A stretch of DNA of 64,000 nt from Lama guanicoe (Eukaryota). Where the stretch lies: assembly GCA_013239625.1 (NCBI GenBank), contig MU054117.1:3462677-3526676 (forward strand), in the 5' to 3' direction. The notes below the pieces were generated by a model. That model was not told the origin of the DNA and ran no database searches. It saw only the letters and a list, made by a program, of their open reading frames with translations. A program made the position numbers and the translations under genes. Shown piece by piece: positions 13,201 through 64,000 of the stretch (position 1 is its first letter; every line of letters begins with the position of its first letter).

Positions 13201-16200
13201 TGGACAGAGGGGTAGTAATTTCTATGTCCGAATTGCTTCAAGGGCTCAAGGTGACGTTCATGACATGCTAACCAACCCACGGCCTATGAGTGCTTGTGCA
13301 AGACGGCTGCTCTCAGGCTCTCAGTATATGCTTGTTGATTAACGAGAGTTGTTCGGATTTATGCTACAGCCTTTTTCATTGTTTATAAGATTATGTAACT
13401 TTATCATTTTCACAGACACATGCTAGACTTCCTCTTCCTCTATGACACCTTCTTTATGTGTATTTTTCAAAAAAGCAACCTCAGTAGGCTCTGCCCCAGC
13501 TGCCGTCAAGTCAGAATCTCGGCCTTCACCAAAAAAGGTTTCTCCTTCAGAGGCCGCTAGGAAGCCGTTACAAACACGCAGTCCTTCAGCTGAAAGCAGG
13601 AGACCCAAGTGGGTCCCACCAGGTATGGTGCATTTATTTACTGCTCAAGGGCAGGGGTCTGGAAAATTCCCACTGGCAGGTTTTTCTTCCTGTTTGTAAA
13701 TGTTACATATGAGTACTTCCTTGTATTCCATATTCTTCACAACCAAGCTTTTTAGCTGCTACATTTATTCATCACTTATTATTCCATTATATTTGAGCAT
13801 GCAAGTTGTTTATGTTTTCATTGTTATCAAGAAGGTTGCAGTAAGCACAGACATCGTTCTTTTAGAAATCTGTGGGCACATCCCTGGCTATTTTCTTAGG
13901 ATAAATTCCAGGTAGTGGATTACTGTGAAACAGTACCAGCATTTAAGATTCCTGATACATGTATTTGGCAACAAGTCTGTTTGCTCAAGCTGCGCTGACC
14001 TCCGTGGGAGGTCCCTGCGTGGGAATCCCAGCGTTTCGCAGGCTCCACCCCCAGCCCGTCCACACTTGGCCTCTCTGTTTTCTCTTGCTCCACAGCCAAG
14101 TCTCCCTGTTCCTTCACCCTTCTTGACATTCCTGAAACCTTGATCCAGGCCCTGTTTCCTTCCGACCCAGACTGTCGTGGCTTCCTGCCTAGTGCTTCTC
14201 CGCTTTCCTCATCCACCCACATGAGCGCTCTTTGCGTGAAATTGATGCATTTTCGGTTTCTTAAGCACGGTGTGTGCATTCTTCTGCCAGAGCCCCTCTC
14301 CAGCTTCCTCTGTCTGGGATGGCTTTCTTCATTTGTCCCCTCTCCTTTTCTGAGTCATTCCAAGTCTCCTTGGGCTTATTTCCTTCTTTTCAGGAGCACT
14401 CCTTGATTGGTTCACAGTGGCCATTCCCCTAAAGGTAACTAGGTATCAGTACACAGATTTAGGCCTGAGACTGCATGCTTGCTTAATTCCTGAGTCTTCA
14501 TTTCATCATCTGGGTCATCTTTAAAGTTTTATTGGATATAAAAATTCTAAGATTTTAAGGAGGACTTAAAATGTTTTTGGAGAAGGAAAGGAGGAGGACT
14601 AGTTATTGAAATAGTGATGCTGTGCCATTTAAAAGCTAATCCTTAGTGTATTTCTTCTGAGAATAATTCGTGATTTTTCAGCAAAAGAAATTTAAAAGAA
14701 TTGATATATTGACTATAGAAATTTGAAGGTAGCATAATCAAAAAGATAACAAGGACATAATGGGCTTAGGGATAAAGAGTCAATGTCATAAAACATGAAG
14801 TGCTTATAGATTCACTGTGTGAACGAGCAAGGCAGGTGATGGCGAGCGGGGCCTGGGGCACCGGCGCTGTGCTCGGCCCCCTTCACAGTCCACTTGTTCA
14901 CAGGCAGGATTATGGTCCTGGTATTTCCACAGCTGGTGTTTTTTGAAGAGAAGTCAGAAATCCAGATTTTAATGTGAAGTCTCTTAGTTTTTAAAAGTTG
15001 ACTTTTTGTGGACCAAACAGTATATCTGAGAGCAGGATTTAACCCTCAGGCTGCCAGCTAGTCACCTGTCTTATATGAATACGAGAAGACCAGCAAGATT
15101 CCAGTGGGAAAATGAGCCAAGGACACAAACATACCACTGCCCCCAAGAAATACAACTAAAATGGATGTGAAAAAAATGGCAGTCTCACTGGTAATCAAGG
15201 AGATGTGAATTAAAATAATAAAGTTATTTTATACCTCTCAAGCTAGAAAATAATAAAGCTGTATCGATTAGTGCACTCTGGGCTGTGGGGTAGCAGGTCT
15301 AGTTACTTATTTTACAGTTATAATCCCTTTATAGGACAGCTGGACAGGAGCCATAAAAATAAATCTATCTTTTGACCTAGGAACTACTCTTGGGAATTTA
15401 TTTTTGAAAAGAATTCAAAACAAGAAAAAGTAATAAGTGGTCAGGTTTTTTTATAGCCATTTATAGAAAAGTGGTGAGAAACTAGAAACAACCCAAAAAG
15501 TGTGTTGTAGGAATTTGATCAATATATAGCACGTACGTGCAGTTAAGGGTGATAAATCAGATGGCTAGAAACATGAAAGTGTTTGTAAATATTTATGTGG
15601 AGAAGGTTCACACAGGTGCACTTACTATGGCTAATCATGATCGACTGCGGACACTTACGAGGATAAATTCTGAAATGTAATACTTGTCGGAAATAGTTGC
15701 TACGTTAGAGTGGTAGCATAAAGGAAACTAGCCTAAGTAAATAAAAATGGTATTTGTCATATTTAAAGTTATTTAATATTTGAAAAAATAGATTCTGTAA
15801 GAAGTACTACTTGTAAAAGTTGCAGAATTTTAAAAAATGCATCAGTTTTTTGCTACTACTTTAGAGATATAATTGTGTGCATTTTTATATCCCTTTACAA
15901 CCAGCGTTCTTTGCTCCCAACTTCCCTGTTCAGCTTTCACGTTTAAAGTTTTAGTGTCATTACCTTAGCCTCTGGAGATGTTTGAAAATATGCAGTATTA
16001 CGTATGTTCTGCTCTTTAGTACTTGCTTTTGATCTCATATATAACTTGATGGAACCTGCACAGCAGGATAATGCTGTATTTATTTGTTTTTCGTCTCTTC
16101 TGTTTTATCAGCTGATCTTTGCTGTGAGGTTTCTGTCATTGTCAGTATCAGGTGATGTGTTTTTTCCAGCCGTATCCGGAAGCAGCAGTGGTGGCCGCAG

Positions 16201-16306
16201 CCCACTGACAGGCGTGTCTGTGAAGTCCCCAAATCAGAGTCTTCGCCTTGGCTTGTCCAGATTAGCGCGAGTTAAACCTTTGCATCCCAGTGCTGCTAGT
16301 AGCTGA
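1217..16306 (+). CDS. RAD51AP1: RAD51-associated protein 1, complete spliced CDS (333 aa)
   Basis: join(1217-1233,2591-2640,4230-4371,6866-6975,8268-8354,8933-9082,10374-10535,13476-13622,16170-16306)=1002 nt, all GT-AG, phases consistent. MVRPARHKKPVDYSQF...MALDDKLYQRDLEVALALSVKE...SLRLGLSRLARVKPLHP. Confidence 0.97.
2591..2640 (+). CDS. RAD51AP1: RAD51AP1 coding exon 2
   Basis: cacag|...HKKPVDYSQFEDSDSD...|gtaagt. Confidence 0.95.
4230..4371 (+). CDS. RAD51AP1: RAD51AP1 coding exon 3
   Basis: atag|...DFVPATAPLNKKSK...QEKTPQK...|gtgaga. Confidence 0.95.
5200..6180 (+). mobile_element. LINE-1 3' fragment (ORF2 end + 3'UTR, old L1M-type)
   Basis: GGGAGAAAATATTTGCAAATCATAT, GGGCAAAGGACTTGAATAGACATTTCTC, GGAATATTACTCAGCAATAAAAAGGAATGAAGTACTGATA, A-rich end. 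Confidence 0.85.
5816..5841. repeat. (AT)13 microsatellite inside the L1
   Basis: Read directly. Confidence 0.95.
6866..6975 (+). CDS. RAD51AP1: RAD51AP1 coding exon 4
   Basis: ttcag|...MALDDKLYQRDLEVALALSVKELP...|gtaact. Confidence 0.96.
8268..8354 (+). CDS. RAD51AP1: RAD51AP1 coding exon 5
   Basis: ctag|...KSPHLSNCSVASDYL...|gtaagt. Confidence 0.95.
8933..9082 (+). CDS. RAD51AP1: RAD51AP1 coding exon 6
   Basis: gaag|...LDKITEEED...EPDFAT...|gtgagt. Confidence 0.94.
9170..9735 (+). mobile_element. LINE-1 3'UTR fragment(s)
   Basis: GTTGTTAAGAGAGTAAATCCTAAG..TTCTTATCACAAGG and terminal TATCTCAATAAAACTGG; boundaries approximate. Confidence 0.7.
10374..10535 (+). CDS. RAD51AP1: RAD51AP1 coding exon 7
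   Basis: ttcag|...EESEDDSDFSES...KVKSPVEKKEKK...|gtaagc. Confidence 0.95.
11398..11850. mobile_element. MaLR solo LTR (MLT1C/D-like)
   Basis: TGTGTTAGTTTCC...CACAAATTTAGTGTCTTAAATCAACAC...ACAGTTCTGGGGTCAGAGG...GGAGGCTCCAGGGGA. Confidence 0.75.
12117..12235 (+). mobile_element. tRNA-derived SINE (Vic-1-like), diverged
   Basis: A-box-like GAGCTCAGCAGTAGA, B-box-like CCTGGCTTCAATCCCCAGTACCTCC, A-rich tail. Confidence 0.75.
12338..12560. mobile_element. MER3-like hAT DNA transposon, right half strongly GC-shifted
   Basis: CGGTAGCCACCAGCCACAAGTAGCT, TTAATTAAAATTAAG core, GGACAGCGCAG. Confidence 0.75.
13476..13622 (+). CDS. RAD51AP1: RAD51AP1 coding exon 8
   Basis: aaag|...TSVGSAPAAVKSES...RPKWVPP...|gtatgg. 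Confidence 0.93.
16170..16306 (+). CDS. RAD51AP1: RAD51AP1 coding exon 9 (C-terminal RAD51-binding region, stop)
   Basis: ttccag|...VKSPNQSLRLGLSRLARVKPLHPSAASS-TGA. Confidence 0.96.
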
Positions 16307-16910
16307 GCGAAGTAGCAAGCGAATGGCTGATTAAGAGGCTCAATTTTATAAGTGTGTTTATATTTGTGTTATATTTGAGGAGGGTATTGTAATATAAAGG
16401 AATCCTTCAATGTCATATAAATTATCTCTATGCCTTTGTGATTATATACTTCAGTAAGATGTTTGTTCATAAGAATTTTTACCTTGTCATGTCATTTCCC
16501 TCTGGAGCTCACATTCTCTTTCCCTTGTATGTATATAGTAAGTCATTGCCATTGAGTGGCTGTCAGTTTGAGGTGGAGGATGTCCACATTACATGCTGGT
16601 CTTTCCTAGTAACACGATGCTTGTCTCTGGCTTTGTCTAGTTTATGGCAGCTGAACTTTAACTGTTCAGAGTTCATCTGGTAAAAGGAAAATTCCCATTT
16701 CTCCCAGGAGACATTTCTGAAATCTTATGTTTCATAAACTACAATGTCAGTTTTATTGCAATGATGTTTCATATTTTATGCAAAAGTTTCTATATCCTGC
16801 ATTAAAACAGTTGCTATACTATAGGGTATATCTCCTCCTTAGAAATAGATGATTATAGTGTAGCAAACAGAATTTCTGGACATTTTATGAAGCCCTCAGT
16901 CCAAACGTTT

Positions 16911-16995
16911 AATAAAAGCGAGAAAGTTTTGATACGCTCTTTTACTGGATAGCAATACATCCATCAGTCTCTAATTGTCTACATTTTGTAATAAA
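16911..16995 (+). terminator. RAD51AP1 candidate polyadenylation signals
   Basis: AATAAA at 16911-16916 and 16990-16995 (ATTAAA at 16801) ending an AT-rich 3'UTR. Confidence 0.6.
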
Positions 16996-17039
16996 ATGAA
17001 TGCTTTGCAAAAAAAAATGTTAGCCCTTTTGTTGTCAAT

Positions 17040-17990
17040 ATAGAGAGGAATCTATGGTTGCAGCAAAAGCAGTGCTAAGAGGGAAATTCATAGCAATATA
17101 GGCCTTCCTCAGAAAAGAAGAACAATCTCAAATAAACAACCTAACCTGCCACCTAAAAGAATTAGGAAAAGCACGAACAAAACCCAAAGTCAGCAGAAGG
17201 AAAGAAAGAATAAAGATCAGAGAGGAAATAAATAGAGATTTAAAAAAACAGTAGAAAAAATCAGTCAAACCAAGAGCTGGTTTTGGGCAAGAATAAACAA
17301 AATGGACAAACCTCTGGCCTGGCTCACCGAGGAGAAAAGAGAGAGCACGTAAGTAAACAGAACAAGCAGCGAAAGCAGAGTGCTCACAGCCACCAGCACA
17401 GAAACACGAAGGGCCGCGAGGGAGCACTGTGAGTGCTACATGGCAATAAGCCGGACGATGCAGAAGAGATGGACCCGTTTCTAGAAACGTGCAGCCCACC
17501 AAGACTGAACCCAGAAGAAATAGATCATTTGAACAGCCGGTCACTAGAAGTGAAATAGAATCAGCAATGAAAAACCTCCCTACGAACAAGACCAGGACCA
17601 GACGGCTTCACCGGAGATTCTACCAAACATACAAAGAAGAGCTCGCACCAGTCCTTCTCCAACTCTTCCAAAAGATTGAAGAGGGGAGAATACTCCCAGA
17701 CTCTATTCTATGAAGCCAGCATCACGCTGATACCAAAGCCAGACAAAGACACTACCAAAAAGGAGAGCTGTAAGTCCATATTGTTGATGAACATAGATGG
17801 AAAAGTCCTCAACAAAATGGTAGCAAACAGAACCCAACAACACATAAAAAAGACCATACACCGTGATCAAGTTGGGTTCATCCCAGGGATACAAGGATGG
17901 TTCAACATATGCAAATCAATCAGTGTGACACATACACCACATCCAGAAGAGAAAGGGCAAGTCACATGATCATCTCAACAGATGCAGACA
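17040..17990 (+). mobile_element. LINE-1 ORF2 internal fragment (degenerate)
   Basis: GCAGCAAAAGCAGTGCTAAGAGGGAAATTCATAGCAATA; ORF track FYEASITLIPKPDKDTTKKE...DQVGFIPGIQGWFNICKSI. Confidence 0.92.
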
Positions 17991-20045
17991 ACATACAGGG
18001 GATGTGCTGTTAATCACTGTGCTAAGCCAGTGCTTCAGCGGGTGGCTGTGAGGTGCTTGGTCATCCCTGTTGATGAGACAGCATGACGAGGTGATGCAGC
18101 TCTTCAGGAAGCTTAGATCTGAATTCACTGTGAATAAAAGTGGTCATAGATATTTTACATTTGTGGCGAGAATTTCAACCAGCTCCTCATCACTTTTTAA
18201 TAAAAATTCTTTGCATCATGTTAACCATTAAAAAGTGTGTACTACTTTGCTCAGTTCTTCTCAGGTTCATGGGATCATCTGTGTTCATGAGAAAATCGGT
18301 GATTAGAATCACGATTAAAGCGAGCGAGCACCTGCCTGTCGCTGTCGTGCTCGTTTCCTGTCTGGTGCGTATTTTCACACAGCTGTGCGCCCCTCGCCTA
18401 CCACCCGCCACCCCTTCTGCAGAGCACCTCCCAGCTACACGGCGTTGAGGCTCTCGCTCTACCTGGTGCAGTTTAACAGGAAACACCTATCAGGAGCCCG
18501 CCCTGGGTTAAGTGCTAGTATCACCGGTTAATCACCTGGACCAGCCTGAGGAGCCTGTTTTCTCCATGTTGTCCACGTGAATGGCTTCTACTGAAAACTA
18601 CCCTCTGTCTGTCAGAACCGGCCTTGCAGAAAGCACTCCTGACCTTTCTGTTGCCAAATCCAGGGCACAGTTTTCTCGCCTGACCTTACTGTAGACCCTG
18701 TTCACCATACCCTGCTTAGTACTGTTTATTTCCTGGGCTCCTGTGACTCCATTCTTCTGTAATTTGCCCGCATCTCCCTGCCGACTCTTCGTTATTTCGC
18801 AGCTTTCTAATCTTTGCGTCACCTATACCCACTCCTCTCACCGCCGTATCATGTTCTGTGTGATCCCATTCTTTTCCCCTGCCCCTGTCCTTTTTAAGAC
18901 TGCCAAGTCAGGGTCTTGAGCCCAGACCTTGCTCTTGACACGACCTGTTGCCCGGTCCATTGATGATCTGTTGTAGGCCATCACTGAATAACGTCTCCCC
19001 TAGCCCAGCGTTTTCCCTCTTGTGTTTTCTGTTAGTGAAGAGCGTCACCGCCAATCAGCACAGGTGCCTGGGGCACTTCCGCCCTTCACATCCTGTCCCC
19101 AAGCCGTGTTGCATTTCCTGCATTTCTCAAAACTGTCTCCTTCCACTTGCTGTCCTCACTCTGACACATCAACACTTACCACTTCTAACCAGCATCTTGG
19201 CCTCTTGGTCACCTACTCTGGCCTCCTCTTCAAGCCATTATTACTAGACAGAGTTTCCTAAAGTAAAATCTGAGCACCAACACCCCTCTTCCTAAAATCA
19301 GCACACGTGCTCCTTGTCCTGTTTAGTTCAGGAGCCATTTCTAATCAGACTGGCCCCTGCCCACGTCCTGGGCCTTGCCCGGTGCCGCCCTGTGCGCGCG
19401 TGACCCCTGCCACACCACACTGCATGCTGGTGCCGTGGCTCCCGGTCTTCAGATCCTTCTTACTTGCCTTCTTTACTCTGCTAATTCCTACTTGTCCTTG
19501 AAGACTCAGATTCAACTTGGCTGTTTCAGAGAGCTTTATTTGAATGTCTTTCTCCTCCATGGACCAGACTGTATTCCTGCAGGCCATGCTATTGACACTC
19601 AAATATTAAATTTAGTGTTTCCACTTTTAAAACCTGGTGCAGAGTATGTGCTCAAAAAGTGTTCATCTGACGAACAAATCATATCCAGAACTTTTACTAC
19701 TTGCTTCTGATAACCAGAAACTTTTGAGGAGGGGGAGGGGAGGGATCATTTCATGAATCTTCAATCAACTCAAATCTCTCCATCCTGTGGATACCCTTCA
19801 ATTCTTGTCCCAAACCTGAAAGAACGGGGGAGGGGGTGCAAGAGAAAGGAAGCAGGAGGAAAAGGGGTATTTCTTTGGGCTGATGTGAAAGGCGGTTTGC
19901 GACCAGACCAGAGCCCAAGCCTTTCAGCTCCGGAGTCACAAATAGGGCGGAAACCATTTCTATAGCGACGGGAGGAGGGTGTGGTCCTCCACCTGCACGC
20001 CGTTACCGGTCGGAGCCAGCAGCGCCCGCAGTCTGCGCAGGCCAG

Positions 20046-58266
<38,221 letters not shown>

Positions 58267-58362
58267 CCGGCGCGGAGGGTGTGTCCCGTTCTTGTCCGCC
58301 GGTGATCTGTATTAGAGACGGCCCTTATATTGTACAATACTTAACACTGTTGTTTTTTAATG

Positions 58363-58368
58363 CATAAA
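58363..58368 (+). terminator. Candidate variant poly(A) signal of DYRK4 (CATAAA)
   Basis: PAS-like hexamer ~100 nt after the stop, preceded by TGTA and a U-rich tract. Confidence 0.4.
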
Positions 58369-58624
58369 GGTTTGTTAAAAAAAAAAAACCACCAAAACCT
58401 CTACTCACATGGCCGATTGGCATGACTCCTGTCATGAGGGGTTGGAGGGGGTGTCCTGGTGCCCACACTCCCTCCCGATGTCCTCAACCAAGTAAATCAG
58501 AGGGTGCGCGTGCGTGGCGGTGCGTGGGTGGGGCGGGGAGAGTGCTAAGTGCTCAGCGTCACAGCATCACTCGTAGAACGCTACATAATAATTTTTTTCC
58601 TTCTTGCCCAAGATAGTTCACGTA

Positions 58625-59095
58625 TGCTACTCAGGGTTCTTGTTTGAAAATGACAGAGGCTGAGTTCAAACTAGTTTAAACAACAAACATTTACGTGATT
58701 GGAGAATCAGGAGGGGTTTCAGGCACAGCAGGATCTAGGAATTCAGACGAGGTCATGGGGCTCAGAATCCCTGTCCACCTGTTAGTCTTGCTGCTTTTTA
58801 TGGTTAACTTCATTCTGAAGACAAGCTCTGCCCAGAAGTTAAGACGCCCACTACTGTCCAGTCAGAAGGGGCAGTCTTCCTGCTGGCAGGACAGCCTCAG
58901 AAATGACTGGTCTTGAGCCCATCACAGTGTCTGAGATATTGGGATCCTCAGATCGGCCAGCTTGGGTCATAAGCCCACGGTGTGGTGTGGTGGTGGTAAT
59001 GCCATGATGATGCTTCTCTGGGACCTTGTGGAGCAGGGGACAGCGAGTTTCCCAAAGGACGGAAGACAAGCAAGCTACAGGACATGTCTACCCAT
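58625..59095. mobile_element. Old MaLR LTR (MLT1J/K-like) between the DYRK4 and AKAP3 3' ends
   Basis: TCAGGGTTCTTGTTTGAAAATGACAGA...AAACTAGTTTAAACAA...TTCAGGCACAGCAGGATCTAGG; family call from memory. Confidence 0.5.
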
Positions 59096-59975
59096 CCACC
59101 ACCTCGAAAACCTAATCAAGTCCCTTTTTGCCCTTCTAGTCCTCACCTATGTGACTACAGTCTGTGTGTGGTTGTAATTATAGCACAGATAAATGTTTAC
59201 AAGAAACTCAAGGTCAGAACATCGTAACCATGGGCTATGTCCCTGGCTTCCTGGTTTTCATTTTAATCACTGTGTAATATTCCATGAAGGGAGACACCAG
59301 GTAATCGAAGCTGTGGGGTTGGATGGGATCGCCCAGGGAAGATGCTGGAGTGGGAACTGCAGGAGGGCAAGACAGAGTCCTAGGGAAGAGAAACACCTAC
59401 AGGGCTGACAAAGCTGAGGAGAGCCCCCAGGAGCCGTAGAAAGACAGGAAAACTAGAAACCTGAGGAGGAGGAGGAAGTTTCTAGAAGGAAGGATGGAGA
59501 ATACAGAATTCCACAGGAAGGTGAGGATCAGAACAGAAAATGCTCCTGAAGGGGGGTGATGAGGACATGAAGTCAGAGCAATGTCGTAACAGACGACTTG
59601 TCCCAGGTCCTACAGCCAGAAACGTACAGAACAGACAACAGAACTTGGATTTCCTGGACCTTTTCTGACACTGTCTTCAGCCACAGACAAAGCTGAGGCA
59701 GACAAGGAGCCAGGTCCTGGTGGCATAACTGGATTTGGGCTGGACGTTGGAAAATACGTCCTGACTTACACGGCTATAAAGGGCTGAAATGAATTCTTGA
59801 CAAACTCTGGCTTATTTTGGGGAACGTCCTAAAGTGGGGAAGCTGCAGGGACAGAGGGGAATCCCCAGGTACCCCTCGGGGCCCTCAGTCAGTCTGTATT
59901 CCTGCGATCGCCTCACCTGACTGTCCCATTGCCTCCCAAGGAAGCCACATACCTGGAGCCCTTTAACTGTAATTT

Positions 59976-59981
59976 TTTATT
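59976..59981 (-). terminator. AKAP3 poly(A) signal
   Basis: AATAAA on the minus strand ~145 nt after the AKAP3 stop. Confidence 0.7.
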
Positions 59982-60123
59982 TTATGTCCTTGCTCGCATG
60001 GACAGGAAAATCTGCAAAATCCAGGGACTAGCATCAGGTGACGTGTCTTTGATGTGAGTGGAATGAAGGTAATGTTAGGGCTCTGTGTGGGTGAGGAGGG
60101 AGAACAGGCCGGGCCCCGGCGGG

Positions 60124-60465
<342 letters not shown>

Positions 60466-60984
60466 TTAAATGACATCCACCTGTCCGTGATACAGAAAAT
60501 GTAGTTTCCTCCTGAGACTAAAATCTTCGTGCTTCGATGGATGTTTGTCAGTGTTGTTCTTGTCCTGTAAGGACTCCAAAGTTCTTAAGTTCACTGTAAT
60601 ATCATGAAACAGTCTCCACCTCTGTCCCATGACTAACAAGGGCAGGAGGGAGACAGCCAACAGACAAGTGTGGGTGCTCTCCCCGCCCTGTAGACAGGGA
60701 GCCCTGGAACGTCAGAGCAGAGGGCGACTCAAAGATCCACTCAACCTCGTGAACATGCTGCCCAGAGAGGTGGAGAGACCTGCCAGCAGCACAGGGCTGG
60801 AAATCAGCAGAGGAATGTTCACAGCCAGGTTTCTGAACCCTGTGTTTAATTCTCTTTCCAAGCACAAAATGTGAAAAGTTAGCCAAAGCAACCATTCTAA
60901 TGTGAACACAGTACGTTGCCATCCATCTGGAATCCTTATGGCAACAAACTGACCAGATTTTTATTTCGTGCATTCTGTGCTTGA

Positions 60985-61660
60985 CTCTCTGAAAAAGTCA
61001 AAGGGCAGATAAACAGGCCAAACAGTAGGAGCTTTTTCAGGGGAAATTCCATGCGAGAGACAGAAGTACATACGGATTCTCTTAAAACAAATGGAAAGAC
61101 AGCCTCAGCAAAGAGAAGATACAAAGAAGGACCAAATGGAAATTGACAGACAGAGCAATAGAAACTGACCACACGGAACAATGGAAGAGAGTGGTCAAAC
61201 CTCTTTCAAACGGGTTGAGAAAATGAACAGAGCTCAGGGCCTGTGCGACAATACCAAAAGGTTTTATATGCATGTCATTAGAATCCCAGAAGGAAGAGAG
61301 AAAAAGGGTGGTGCAGAAAACATACTTGAGGAAATAATGGATGAAAAACTCCCCCAGTTTGCCAAAAGGCATAACTGACAAAGTCAAGAAGCTCAGTGAA
61401 CCTGAAATAAGATGAAGCGAAAGAAATTCACTTCAAGACCTGTAATAATGAAATTGCTAAAAACTAAAGAAAAAGAAAAAAACCTAAAATCAACCAGCAA
61501 AAAATGTCACATTGTAAGGGAGCAACAGTTTGAATGACAGCACATTTCTCATCAGAAGCCACACAGCACAGAGGAGGTGCAACAACATTTCTTTAAGCAC
61601 TAAACGAAAAGAACTGTCAAACCAGAATTCTATGCTCAGCAAATGCTTTCTCCAGGGAGG
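60985..61660 (+). mobile_element. LINE-1 ORF1 fragment in the last AKAP3 intron
   Basis: ORF track GLCDNTKRFYMHVIRIPEGREKKGGAENILEEIMDEKLPQFAK; AAAGAACTGTCAACCAGAATTCTAT. Confidence 0.8.
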
Positions 61661-62314
61661 GCAATGGGACAGGAGATCAAGATGGGGAAAAGCCCTTAAT
61701 TTTCAATATGTATCTTTTTTTGTGCCTTGGATTTTGAATTATGCACACATTCCCTATTCAAAAACGGATACAAATGTATTTAAAGGAATTGGGCTCATGG
61801 GCATCCCAGCGTCACCAGCATCAGCCACCTGCATCTGCATGAAAATATCTGCACACATCATCAATCTCTTTCCAAAAAAAAAAAAACTCCACTCACTTTT
61901 AGGTAGTTTCTTTGATGTATACTTCATCTAACTGTTCTTAAAAATACACGGATGCTCTGTGCAAACCTACTCGTGAGCTGAAGTCTGGGTGTGTTACTGC
62001 CCATCCTTTTCACTCTTTTCCTTTAAGAAAATAGGTGACAGTCTTTATCTTTACGTTGGTAATCTAAAACCAAAACACATTATGTACGTTATGCACGATG
62101 GGGTTGACTTAAAAGATGATGTGAGAGCAAAGCCCGTTTCACACATGGCACATGAAAGCCGTGCTTTTCAGGTTTTTCCATCAGTCTAAAGCGTTTGTGA
62201 ATACAAGCCTCTCTGCTAATTGCTACGTGCCAAAACAGCTGTCTGTTTTACAGAGTGGAAAAAAACGCAGAGACAGAACTTGCCAAGGACTCTTAGAGAC
62301 GTGTCCAGAGTTGG

Positions 62315-62490
62315 AGCCCCGTGCTCCGTCCTCTGGCCCAGACTGGAACTTGCACACAAATCACCTGGGGGGTTGGCTAAAGCGAAGCCGGGTTCAGCAG
62401 GTCAGTCGTGCAGCCTGAGACCCTGCACTGGTCACAAGCCCCCGGGAGACGCCAGCGCTGCTGGTCCAGAGACCGCAGGGTGGCGAGCCT
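62315..62490. mobile_element. MER5A-like DNA transposon, GC-shifted
   Basis: AATCACCTGGGGGGTTGGCTAAA...GCCTGAGACCCTGCAC...ACAAGCCCCCGGGAGACGCCAGCGCTGCTGGTCC. Confidence 0.6.
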
Positions 62491-63472
62491 GTCCATGGCC
62501 CAGGTTCTCGTTTGCGCCCAGCGCAGCCTAGGCTGGATGTTACGCAGTCCTGCGTCCTCCCAGGCGTCAGGCAACCCAGGGAAGTCAGGTACGGGGTTGC
62601 TGATACCACTCACTGAACAGAGAAAGCCTCCTCCTCCGTCACCATCTAAGGGGATGAGGCTTTTCACAGCTAATGCCAGCCTCTCGCGCCGGCCCTTCTG
62701 CTTAGCTGGCAAATGCCAGTGCTCCGCTCTGCTTGATTAAGAGGGAATAATCAAAGCCCCAAGTGTGTGTGTTTGTGTGGGGGGTGTCTCTCTCAATAGC
62801 CCCACACGAGCAAGCAGCAGCAGCGGCTGCATACACAGAAGCTTTCCAGGCTCAGAATCTCCCTCCAGGGAGCAGTTGCCAAGGCCTACGCTGGGGGAAG
62901 AAGGGGGCCAGAAGCGCCCTTACCTTCACCGGCACTGCAGTAACAAGTGTGTCCCCCACCTTCAGCCTTACTTCGCAACTGATCCAGAGCTTAGGGGGAG
63001 GGGAAGAGGGGTGTTGCGTGTTGAATCCCTACAAATCCCCGACCCCCCCAGACCACCAGCTGAGGGAGTAATGACAGGCTGAAAAGTCCAGAAACCTAGA
63101 TCCGTCACCCCTTACCCCCTCAGCCCACCTCCGGGATGTGTCCCTTTGGCTCCCTCTTCTCTGGGCAGGGCTGTCCCATCCAGAATTCAGCCTGAGCCCA
63201 GACCTTCATCTGATTCTTTCGCCAAGTCTCTTGGAGCTTCCTTACCTGTGTATTCACATACAGGTGTGCAGAAAAAAGAGACAAATCATATATTTGTCTG
63301 TGTCTTTTTTCCCCCTTTGCTATGCCCCCTTTGGGGCAAAAATCTAATTTTACTTTATCCATCATCTCTGCCATGAGACATGAGCCTCAAATCCTTACTG
63401 CCCGCCCCCATCCTATACTTCTTGTGGCTAGCCTTCGGCTCGGAGAGAAAATGGAACTTAAAACCCTAATTA

Positions 63473-64000
<528 letters not shown>

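Overview
Mammalian genomic DNA, probably a camelid judging by its tRNA-derived Vic-1-like SINEs, covering the conserved C12orf4(FERRY3)-RAD51AP1-DYRK4-AKAP3 block. Spliced by hand from GT-AG sites: RAD51AP1 (+, 9 coding exons, 1217-16306, 1002 nt, 333 aa), long-form DYRK4 (+, 15 coding exons, 20046-58266, 1911 nt, 636 aa) and the last two coding exons of AKAP3 (-). A bidirectional CpG-island promoter lies at the left end. The rest is intron with L1, L2/MIR, MER, MLT and SINE remnants. I found no new gene system. Main observations: (1) a near-perfect 2207-bp tandem duplication in DYRK4 intron 2; (2) short tracts where old AT-rich repeats have been rewritten A/T to G/C, the pattern expected from GC-biased gene conversion, which also seems to affect DYRK4 exon 11 and two DYRK4 start codons; (3) a candidate alternative DYRK4 first exon; (4) the counterpart of the human 51-nt RAD51AP1 alternative exon, here lacking its acceptor. 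Comparisons with human/mouse proteins and repeat consensi are from memory and need alignment.
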